From Eledone cirrhosa (Eukaryota): a stretch of 64,000 bases of DNA. The translations under genes and the position numbers were made by a program. The stretch spans positions 68,572,001 to 68,636,000 of the forward strand of contig OZ024747.1 of NCBI GenBank assembly GCA_964016885.1. The letters are read 5' to 3'. Shown piece after piece: positions 12,195-24,100 of the stretch. The notes beneath the pieces are model-generated. The model was not told the origin of the DNA. It saw only the letters and a list, made by a program, of their open reading frames with translations, and made no database searches. Each line of letters begins with the position of its first letter. Within the stretch, counting starts at the first letter, position 1.

Positions 12195-15100
12195 TCTAGT
12201 CCTTCGCTCAAGATTAATCTATAAGTTTAGATGTTTGCCTTCGTTTAAGTAAATATTACAGTAAGATTTTTAATATAAACAACTACAAAAAACAATTAAT
12301 ATTAAAACGAAAAAATTATCAATGATAAAAGAAGCGGATGCAACTTTTTTTTTTATAAAGTTATATTCCTGTTTCTTTAAAGAACATTTCATTTTTGTTC
12401 TATTGTAGGCGAAATAATGCAATGGTTTAATAGGGAAGATATAACTTACGAATTATGTCTCTAACCGTGTAATGCTTTTTAAGTAGATAACTACAATTGA
12501 AAATACTAAAGAAATGGAACCAACAATTCAATTTGAAAGTCGTCTAGTGACAGTGTATTACTGGTACTTTATTTTATCGACCCCGTAACGATGAAAGGCA
12601 AAAATGCAAATGCTTAAAATTTAAATTGCCTTAATTCTATCGTCTGCTGTTTCATTAAAGGGAGATTCTCGTCTGTATTTAATTCTATCGTCTACTGTTC
12701 CACTAAACAGATATACCTCCACTATCGTCTCTATTTATACATTTTAACTTATAACTTATACACATTTGATTTGAAATATTTTATCTAGTCCCCCCCTCTC
12801 AATATTATGATGATTTCTTTCGAATGAAACAGTTCTAGTCCTGTAGAAGCCATTTATATATATAATTGAACTGAGTTAAAAATTCACAATATTTATAATT
12901 AAATAAGCTCATATATATATGTGTGTATTTATCTGTTTATTGTATTATATATAATGTGTGTATATACAGGATGTCCCCCAAAAATATATACACACTTCAA
13001 CAGCATTCTAATAACTATTGCCTGTACAGGTAATCAAAGTGTCAATCGAATGTTAGTTTCGTGTTTTAACAGTACAAATTTACAATACACACATAAAACC
13101 AGTGTATATACATACATGAGTGTGTATACACATACATGAATGTGTATATACAATATATATGTATATATATATAGACACATATATTCACGGTGCAACGGTA
13201 CATTAAAATATAGATGCGGGAGGGGGGGGGGTGTATATATAGGGGCGCTGGGGATAAAGGAGTGTAAAGCGTGTGTAATTGATATATTGAAGGAGAGGAG
13301 CGTGCAGCGATAGAGTAACAAATATATAGAGAGGGGGAGAGATGGTATTGAAGGGGAGGAGTGCAAAGCGAAAGAGTAAGAGATATATATAGAGACGGAA
13401 CAGATAGAGAGAAACAGGCGTAAGTAACAGTGGAAGAGATATAGAGAGAGGTACTCTGATTGGTTGAAAATTAGCCAATGACATACGATCACCACCACCA
13501 CGGCTATCCCCGAAAAATTTTTATAGAAGCTAGGCATATATGTTAGAACACGAAAAGTGAACATTCTGTTGTTTCACACTTTTCGTGTTCTAACAGATAG
13601 GAAACACAAATTTAAATAATTTTGAAAACCATACATATATCATACATTTCACAACGTGCACTTTTGAACTTTTAACGTCTTTTCATTTCATTTAACTTAA
13701 ATCTGCTTTCTAAACAAACAACTCAACTCTGATCAATCTTTTAAGTCTCTCATAGGGTTACTCCCTTGATAATGGCTTTTTAAACCCGAAAATATTTGGG
13801 ATTATCAAATTTGCTACGGTAAGATTCTTTTGTTATGTTAGCAATATTGATTTTCTTTTTAGTGCATTGTATGGTTTTCAAAATTATTTGTTATACTATT
13901 TCATAGATCCCAATTTTGCATTAAACAATTAAATCTTTCACATGTTAGACCCCCCCCCCCCCTCTTTATCTATTAAATCATTTTCTCTTCTTTGATTTAT
14001 GCCAATGTAAGAATTTCTCACACCTCTCAATATATGTCTGCAGACCTTTTTAAAATTAATCTTTCTCTTTGTATTCTTTGTATTTAAAATCACAGTATAG
14101 TAGCATTAGTAGTGTTTTCATTTTGCTTTCAGAATCAAGATGTCACCAGATTGCCCCAGTTAAATATTTGGCTTCTTGATATGCAGCTCAATTCGTAAGT
14201 AGTTGGTATTGTTGGTATTGGTCTTTGTTATCTCTATATAAATTTCTGTGATTCTGTCACAACACGTAAAAAGAGAGTATTTGACTACCTCATACTACTC
14301 CTCTCTCTTTACGTCTGCTGCTTGTGTGTATGTATGTATGTGTGTGTAAAAGGAAAGAAGGGAATGGTGATCAGTAGAAGTATGCTGTGTGTGTGTAAGA
14401 GAGTGTAGAAGTATGTGTGATTTTGTAAGTGTGTCTGTGTTTGCACGTTTATATTTATATACTCATACATATAAATGTATGCATATGTACATATACACCT
14501 GCACACACATATACACATAAGCATCAGCATATGGAAAAAATTCTAGTCTCCTAAATAACCCTTTCGTTGCTGTATTTCTAATGAAAGACATTCTCTATGT
14601 GTTTCAATAAATTTCAAAATTATCAAATATTTGGAGTAGCTTAATAAAATAACTAACAAAATAAGCTAATATTTAGAACATTGCTGAACAAAAATTTTTT
14701 TAATAAAATTATAATCTTCCTCTTTGTATAAATATTATCAAATGCACAGTTCTGTATAATAAATTCAGGCAGCTTCAGGCAGGCAGTTTGGTATCAAAAT
14801 GTTTAAGTACATTTCAAATGGGAAACATTTAAATCCTCAGTAGCTAATCGCATTTAAGTTTCTAAGTCACTATCAAATGTTCAAATGGCTTTCATGAAAT
14901 CATTGATAGCTTGTTACTTGGGTGACTTAACTTGCAATGGGGCTGGATGTTCTGAAGGTACAGTAGTTAAAGTGAGAACTAGATGGAAAAAGTTCAGGGC
15001 ACTACTGCCTCTGTTGGCTACAAAAGGTTTCTCTCTCAGAATGAACAGCAGATTGTATGATGCCTGTGTACAAACTGCAATACTGCATGGAAGTGAAACT

Positions 15101-18100
15101 TGGATTTTGAGTGCAGAGGATTTGCAAAGATTGAAAAAAAATAAGGTGAACATGATTTGATAGGTGTGTAATAGTAGTTTGCATGAATGGTGAAGTATTG
15201 GCAAACTTGGCCAACTAAAAGATGAATGCAGTGTACAAGAGAGAAGACTGTTGTGTGTGGAGGATGACAATTGTATTAAGAAGTGCAGGGCACTGAAAGT
15301 TGATGAAACCTGTGAGAAAGGAAGACCTGGGATAATGTGGTGAAGGCTGAGCCCATGGAGCTGAATCTCATGAAAAAGAAGGCATAGTGGTGGCACTTAA
15401 TACCATTACTTGTTTATATGTTTAGTAATACCGCTTCTGCTTTTCAGCATGAGTAAGCTAGTACAAATAAATGTGACATGTTTTGAGAATAACATAATTC
15501 CCATCCCTTCAAACATAGACTCATCCCTCTTCAGTTATAATAGACTTTACCAAAGTCAGTAAACAAGCATTGCTTTTTCTTAATAGAGAAAATTATTGGA
15601 CATATGTTAGTAATAGTTAAAAACAAGGCTTTTTTTAACCACTATCCCATAAGTTCTATGACAATCCTCATTTGAATATTTAGTAAACGCTGTCAGATGT
15701 ATTTATATATGCTATTTTTGTTTTGATTTTGATGATGTTTGGCTGATATAGATCCTATCCTTGATTGTCAGTATCAGTAAAGTGTCAGACACCATGCTTT
15801 GCAGCATAGAGTTATGGCCTTTTATGTTCTGAGTTCAATCCCACTGAGGTTAACTTTGCCTTCCTTACGGGGGCACTGGGGTAATTGCCTGCCTTGTGTC
15901 AAAAGTAGAAACAATTATTCTGACATTTAAATTTCCAACTTGTTTTGTTCAGATTATATTTAGGGAACTCAGCTTTGATATGGTTTATAGATCATAAGAG
16001 AGTTGAATATTTGAATTTTAGGTTAAATTCAAGAAAGCTACTTTGAATTGAAAATCAAGAAAAATTTCAATAATTTCCTTTGAAAAATATATCAAACACT
16101 GACTGTACGACATGTTAGAAAAGAATATGTAATTTAGGTTGTGTTTGTTGATCTGACAACATTGTCTGGACAGTTCACGTGATTAAAATAGTTTTTTTCT
16201 TGTTTCATTAACTCTATTAATTTCAATGATTTAAAATATATTTTTATTAATTACAGTTTTGGTGTGGTTATATTAGCAGCTGCTATGAACTCTGAAGTGA
16301 GAAATACTGTCCATTATGCTGTTGGTAAATATATTATGTTTGTCAGTATTTCTATACCTATGTTTTCAGTTTAGAATGGAAATGTAGAGTGATTATCAGA
16401 AAAAAAATGGTAATCAATATAAGCTATTAGTACTAATTATGAAAAGCAACATTTATAAAGAATATTGGAATAGATGACTTTTTCTATCCAAAAATACTTC
16501 CTTTTTGTAAAAACTTTCTTCTTCTTCTTCTTCTTCTTCTTCTTCTTCTTCTTCTTCTTCTTCTTCTTCTTTTTTTTCTTCTTTTTCTTTTTCTTTTTCT
16601 TTATCTTTTTCTTTTTTTATTTTTATTTTTCTTTTTTTCTTTTTATTTTTCTTTTTCTTTTTTTTTCTTCTTTATCTTTTTCTTTTTCTTCTCTATCTTT
16701 TTCTTCTTTTTCTTCTTTTTCTTCTTTTTCTTCTTTTTCTTCTTTTTCTTCTTCTTCTCAAACACTCTCTCGCCGTCTTCAACTGATCCAGCTGGAGCCC
16801 CAAGCGTGGCCTGCCAAGCTCGTGGATGTTACCCAGCCATCTTGCTATGAGTCTACCCCTGGGTCTCCTGCTTGTTGGTTTCGCCCATAAAATCTGTCCA
16901 GAGATTCTTTCCTAAGACATTCTAACCACATGCCCTTAGCGTCGGAGTTGTGATCTCTAAATTGTATTTCTTTTTATATGTTTTCTTCTTTACAAACATG
17001 TACTGTCAGTGTTATATTTTTATACTGCTATACTATATGTTAGTTAAAGGTGTGTTGCTTAGTGGTTAGGGAGTTGGATTCACACTCATGAGCTTGTGAG
17101 TTCAATTCCTGGACTGGGTGATGTGTTGTGTTCTTGAGGAAGACATTTTATTTCATGTTGCTCCAATTCACTCAGCTGGCAAAAAATGAGTTGCAACTGG
17201 TGCCAAATTATATCAGCCTTTACATTTTCCTTGAATAACATCGGTGATGTGGAGAGGGGAAACTGGTATACATGGGTGACTACTGATCTTCAACAAAAAC
17301 ACCTTGTCTGGACTTGTGCCTTGGAGAGGAACTTTTTAGTTATAACCCTTTAGCATTTAAAGCGGCCATACCCAGCCAGAATTCTCTCACCTGTTTCTGT
17401 TCAAACCAGCCATGACTGGCCACTCATACTGATGTTAAGGTGCTGTTCTCAAAATAAATAACATCAAAATCTCGTAGCTTTGATATTATGTGAGATAAAG
17501 CTTTTACTGTTGGGAAATGGCCATGCTCAGTGTGTAGGAAAGGCGTAGGTAGAAACTCCATTTTATGTCCCAAATGCAAAGTATGGGTGCATAAAAGATG
17601 TAGTGGGATCACAGGTAAGCTAACTAAGAACATAGATTTTACATGTGGCCGGTGCTCTGGTGCAATAAGTAGCAGCAAGTGCCCACAAAATACTAGCTCC
17701 TTCAACTGCGCAGAGGGTTCTATAGAAATAGTGGACAGCTTCTGTTACCTGGGTGACAAAATCAGCAGTGGGGGAGGGTGCTCTGAAAGTACAGTAGCTA
17801 GAGTCAGAACTGGATGGAAAAAGTTCAGAGAGCTTATACCACTATTAGCCGCTAGAGGGTTCTCCCTAAAAATGAAAGGCAGGTTATACGATGCCTGCAT
17901 ACGAACAGCAATGCTGCATGGCAGTGAGACCTGGGCATTGTGTGCAGAGGATATACGTAGACTAGAGAGGAACGAAGCTTGCATGCTCCGCTGGATGTGC
18001 AATAATATACGTGAACGGCAAAGCATAAACGAACTAAGGAAAAAAAAAATTAGAAATAAGAGGGATCAGATGTTGTTTACTCGAGAGAAGGCTACGTTGG

Positions 18101-21100
18101 TACGGTCACGTGATGCGCATGAAAGACGACAGCTGTATAACAAAGTGCAGGGCAATAAAGATAGACGGTAGCCACGGAGTAGGCAGACCCAGGAAAACCT
18201 GGGACGAGCTGATAAATTCCGACCTCACACGCTTACACCTCTCCAAGACAATGTCACTGGACCGAGACCTTTGGCGGTACTCAGTAATAGAGAAGACCCG
18301 CCTTACCTAAATACAAAGTAAAAACCTACTACAGTCAGTAGGCATCTCTATCAAAACACCCCCCCGTCCCACCACCTCCACCCCATCCACACCGCCCCTT
18401 TCAATGTACAGTTATGTTGGTCCCACAACATCCAGGCCGAAACAAATGAGATCGTGTAGGTGTCACGACAAAAAAACACACAGTCCACGCTGTAAATGTG
18501 GCCGTGTAGGCAACACGGTAAAAACCTCCCAGCCCCACACTGTAAATGTGGTTGGTGTTAGGAAGGGCATCCAGCTGTAGAAAACCCGCCAGACAGTCCA
18601 CGCTGTAATGTGGCCGTGTAGGCAACACGGTAAAAACCTCCCAGCCCCACACTGTAAATGTGGTTGGTGTTAGGAAGGGCATCCAACTGTAGAAAACCCG
18701 CCAGACAGTCCTATGCGAGCAAGACAACCACTCTTGCCTCAAGTGGGAAAACCCCCATCCAAACCCATGCAAGCGTGGAACACGGACGCTAAACCTGATG
18801 ATGATGATGATGATGATGATATATAAAACTGAGGATGTCTGTCTGTCTGTGCGTGTGTGAGTTCGAATCCCTAAAACTTGAGAACCACCCAACCCACTGT
18901 TTTCAAACTTTACACATGTAATACTTATGTTTCAGGGAGTGTTCTGAGCAAAAAAAAAATTTCAAATTTTCTATGCCCCAGGGACCACATTAGGCGATTT
19001 AGCGATCTCACTCTATAATTCTTAGTCTTTCTCTTTTTAGATAGATGCATACTTATAATATCTGTCTGTATGTCTGACTGACTGCATTACGTCACTTCCT
19101 TGAGGATGTCTGTGTGTGTGAGTTTGAATCCCTAAAACTTGAGAAGTACCCAATCGATCTTTTTCAAACTTTACATGTATATTACTTATGTTTCAGGGAG
19201 TGTTATGCACATAAAAAAATTCCACTTTTTTATCTCCTAGGGCCCGCATTAGGTGAAAAACTGCGTTGTTTAACATTTTTAGGGGGGTTTTTTAGGCATT
19301 ACGTCAGATCGGTTTCCTTGAAATTGTAACTATGTATTAGTCAGTCTCTTCATACCGTAAGCAAAGAAAATCCAACTTTCTTATAGCTTAGGGCCTGCAT
19401 TAGGTGAAAAACTTCATTTTTTCAGCTTCTTAGGGCCTTTTGGAGGCATTACGTCTAGCTGATTTTCCCGAAATTTCAAGGCATATTATGCACATAAAAA
19501 AAATTCATTTTCTTGATCCCCTAGGGCCCGCATTAGGTGAAAACCTGCATTTTTCCTGCTTCATTGAGGAAAACCTTAAAGATTATCCAGCCATCAGAGT
19601 ATTCAGTTTATTTTCTTTACATATTGTCCAGGCATGCAGTTTTTAGGTCTATTGGCGGCCCGCGTTCCAAAATACCTTATCCCATGCAACGCCGGATACC
19701 ACTGCTAGTAGTAATATAGAGTAATGTAAATGCTAAAGGGTTAAAACTCAGTCATTTATGACCTTAGGGAGTCTCCCGCCCCCTTTTTTTTTTTACTATA
19801 TGTTGTATTTTCATACTAAGATATAAGCAACTTTTCACACTATTGAATTGTTTTGTTGATATTCTATTTATAAATCATCATCATTTTACGTTCGCTTTTC
19901 CCTGCTTGCAAGGGTGGGACAGGTCTTATTCAGCACAGCATCTCTCCACTTGTCACGGTCCTTCGTCATCTCCACCGTGAGCTTCAGCGTTCTGAGGTCT
20001 GTTCTCAGACCTCAGATAAATGTGTTTCAAAAATTGCTTTGACCTATTTTTATCTCTAATATCCTTTAGACGTGCATTAACATCTTTTTCCAAACGTTTC
20101 TGGCTTTATATGAATATTTCAGTAAAATTTTGTTCTATGTTCTCAGTACTTTTTTTGCTGTTGTTTTCTGTTAATTGTGACTTCTCTTTATCTTCACAGG
20201 TACACTGTGTCTTCAGGAGATAAGTGATGATATGGAATTAGAATCTTTAACAGTTCTGGAACATGTTGAAACGTGGCAAGTTAGTGTTCATATGGGGTTT
20301 TATTTGTTTTGTTTTGTTTTACTTCTTCTTCACCCACTTATTCCTGAGAGGGTCGTGGGGGCAGAGTCCTCAAACACTCCTTCCAGTGGGTCCTGTCAGA
20401 AGCAACCGTCTCCAACTGATCTGGCTGGGCTGTGTTCCCAAGCTCATGGATGTTATCCAACCATCTTGTTCAGGGTCTACCTCTGGGTCTCCTGTAAAAT
20501 CTGTCCAGCAATATATGTTGTTATCCAAAGGAAAGACAGAAACAGCTGTCATCACTATATACACTTCTTTACCCAACTGATCCAGCTGTATCCCCAAGCG
20601 TGACCAGCCAAGTTCATGGATGTTATCCAACCATCTTGCTCCGAGTCTACCCTGGATCTCTTGCTGGTTGGTTTTACCCGTAAAGCATTTGTACTTTGGG
20701 ATTGTGCAACACTGTGAAGTTGCTGTGTCTAATAAGAGTATATTACAGCTCTAGATAAGCAAGTGTTTACTAGTTAGGTAAGGAATCTGACTCCTTTACA
20801 ATTCACTCTAGTGTCTGGCAAGGCTGTCTTCAATCTCCAATGCTTTTCAATTATGTCAACAACTGGATCAGGGAGCATGTACTAAGGGATTTCCCAGGTG
20901 TCACTGGGAGAAGTTTTTAGTGTTACTGACGTTAACTATGCTGACAACCTCATGATAATAGATGATAACTGTTCAATCAGTTGTTGAATATGAATATCTC
21001 AGTGTGTATGTGTTACATCACCATTTATATCTTCCATGCTAGCAGGAGGCAAGTTGGGTCGGGTGACTGTGTCTCGCTCGTATAGGACTCTGTTGGCAGG

Positions 21101-24100
21101 AAAATTAATGTAGCCTTCTGAAAAGATCTCCATCATATTCAATGGTGAGATTTTGGAAGGAGTGGATTAATTCAAGTTTCCTGGTATCACCTTCATTGTC
21201 ACATGCCCTTTCTCCTTTGACTAATCCATGAAAAGAGAGTAACTTTTAATAACTACAGTGACTAAAGATGATATCATTTAATCATTTGATAAGCTCCTAA
21301 TGAATGGAATACAAGATCTGGTTTTGACTCTCAGTCAGCACCACTTCACTTATGTCTGTTTAGGTGGGGGGGGGGGGGTGAATAGAATATCTTCTTGTGT
21401 ACATTCTATAGAGGAATGATGATATTGTGTCTTTTACTAGGAATCTAATGAAGACCACATCCTTGGCTATCATCTCTTGGTCTCAAATATTGAAGGAGAT
21501 CATGCATTGATTTACAGCAAGACTCAAGCTCATTGTATCTCATGTAAGTATCAGTGTTTCCCTGTGAGACATTTAAAAACATTTTTCTTTCAAGATATAT
21601 AATAGTTAATTTCATTCTTAACATCCAGTTGAAAATGTTCAAAGTCAAAACTCCAGTCTTATAATGTTTTAGTAGAAAATGCCTAAAAACGGTTTTGTAT
21701 GTAGAAATATTGTGTGCTTTTTATTTTTAGAGAGATAATTATCAGAATTGCCAGCATTGCAGAAAATTATTTCAAGGGTTTCACAAGGGTGAAAAGGTTG
21801 AGAAACACTGCTCTCCATGCTGCATGACTTGCCCCTGTTATCCAATCAATAGACATTTATCAGACCACTTATTTAAGTGTATATATAAAACAATTGATTT
21901 TCATCTTGTGGGATCTGACTCTTTCCTAATCTCATCTTTATGTTTATTATAGAATATAAGTATTTTTTCAGTAACTGTGTTTTCTTCTCGCTAACTATCT
22001 TGTGGAATTATTTCTCCAAGTACCAAGATATCGAGTGGATTTATTTTGTTTCCATACTTATTTACTCAACTCTAGTTATTCAGTGTCTGCAAGATTATAA
22101 AAAGTTTCTTCTCTTAACATAAAATAGTGTGTCTTAGAAAAACATTGATATTCTTATTTACATTTTTATTAATTTTTTAAAGATAATGTATTAATTTTTT
22201 TTTTTTTTCTTGTCAGTGGATCAAAACTTTCCTTCTGAAACAGTAGATTTCAACCGCCCTGGAGATCAGATACTTGGAGTTGGTAAGCATTGAAATATCA
22301 AATGGGTGCATGCAGTGATAATGAAGTTCTCAAGACATTTAAAAATGATAGTGAGGTTAAGTTGCTAGAGCTTTGAACTCTTGTTCTCATAGTCAGCAAT
22401 TTAATCCTTTAGCATTTAAACTGGCCGTATCTGGCCAGAATTCTCTCACCTCATTCTGTTCAAACTGGCTGTAACCAGCCACTCTTACTTATTTTAAGGT
22501 ATTGTTCTCAAAAATAATATCAAAATCTCATAGATTTTATATTATGTGAGATACTTATGCGAGGTAAAGCATTTACCATGAAAATATAATAGTAAATATA
22601 GAGTAATGTAAATGTTGAAGGGTTAAGTGTAGCATCACCAACTCTGTTGAGCCCTTAGGTAAAGCCCATTATTTTAATTTGTGTTTGGCTATCAAACTGG
22701 CATACTGGTGAAAGTTGATTTAGATTGAACCATTTATAAACAGATATCAATTTTAGCACTTCATGCTTTTATTTTACTAGGATTATTTTCAACATGCTGA
22801 CACGCATGTGTATATGTGCATGCCTGTGTGTATGTGTATATGCATACATTTATATGTATGAGTATATAAATATAAATGTGCAAACATAGACACTTATAAA
22901 AATACACACTCACACATACATTCACATAAACACGCAGCAAAACAAATGGAACGCCAGCTGCTATTTTGCTATAGTTTTTTCACCACACCCTGCCTTCCTT
23001 TTACACACACATACATTCACGCAGGCAGCAGACGTAAAAAGAGAGGAGTAGTATGAGGTAGTCAAACTACTCTCTCTTTACGTGTTGTGACAGAATCGCA
23101 GAAATCTATATATAGATATTAACAATAACTCTTATCAGATATTTGGACATTTAATGTATAAGTGACTATTATAGTCTTTCAACTTGACTTACAAATTTCT
23201 AATAATCATATAAACTTTTTGTGTTTTTCAGGTAGATATGATTGCAATCCTCTTCTGTTTTCTGCTCATCGTGGAATACTGCTTGTCTCAAAGATATCTA
23301 ACCAGCAAAACTTTGGGTTGGTTCACTTTTCTTTACTTTTGATACTATTAATAAAATTTGTATAAATAAAAATTTTCCCTTAAACTGTTGACTGCTGCAT
23401 ATATTTTACATAGCTACAGTTGCTGTGCTGTGTTTTATTTCTGGTAAAATGACTTTTTTTAAACAAACATTTATTAATAACACATATTTGAATGATTGAA
23501 AAATGTTACATCAATAAACTGGTAACCCCATCTAGCTTTAAAGTTATGAGCTGTTGGAACGAGTTCATAATTTTGAAGTTATGAACTGTTGGAAACGAGT
23601 TCATAACTTTAAAGTTATGACTGTTGGAAAAGAGATCAAACATGTTCGGAGGAGTTATCTCGTCCGTGGCACTGGAATGCATACATGTTAAGACAAGTTA
23701 TCTTGTCTATGGCACTGAAGAGGTTAATACAAGATGTCATTGTCTCACTGATTTCATGCACTGCATCGAGAATAAGTAGTGCTTATTTTTCCTGATAGTT
23801 ATTGTACATTATGTAAATATCTCTTAAGTCCGAGGAGACTTGTTGTTATTGTTAGTGTTTAGTGACATGTCAGCACTGATCAAGCAAGATCGTAACTGAA
23901 AGTTGGTAGTCATTAGGGCATTGGACGACATATGCCTTGTAGTAATCCAGATGAAGTTAACTTTGCCTTTCATCCTTTTAAAGTTGTATCGGTGAAAGGC
24001 AAATGGCATTTGTTATGTTCTTTGCATTCTTAGTACAAATTGTACTGTGGCTTACATGGATGGTATTTTTAATCCACTGCCCATTTTAACACTATTATGT

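Larger units (their letters stand above)
17342..19744 (+). mobile_element. piggyBac-type MITE P1 split by RTE and Helitron insertions
   Basis: Left part 17342-17510, right TIR 19709-19744. Confidence 0.8.

Noticed and set aside
13034-13564. 176-aa minus-strand ORF
   Set aside because: Low-complexity GA/TA-rich sequence with no recognisable domain or splice structure.
16474-16890. 138-aa poly-Phe/Ser ORF
   Set aside because: Translation of a (CTT)n microsatellite plus an antisense LINE tail.
17048-17115. tRNA genes (also ~28780, 48633, 53380, 6960)
   Set aside because: A/B-box heads continue into shared SINE bodies and do not form full cloverleafs.
17530-18171. Host zinc-finger/RT gene
   Set aside because: 5'-truncated, frameshifted multicopy RTE fragment with a (GAT)n tail; not an intact gene or autonomous element.
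20860-21205. Additional RT remnant (TDVNYADNL...LEGVD*FKFPG)
   Set aside because: Too decayed to delimit or classify confidently.
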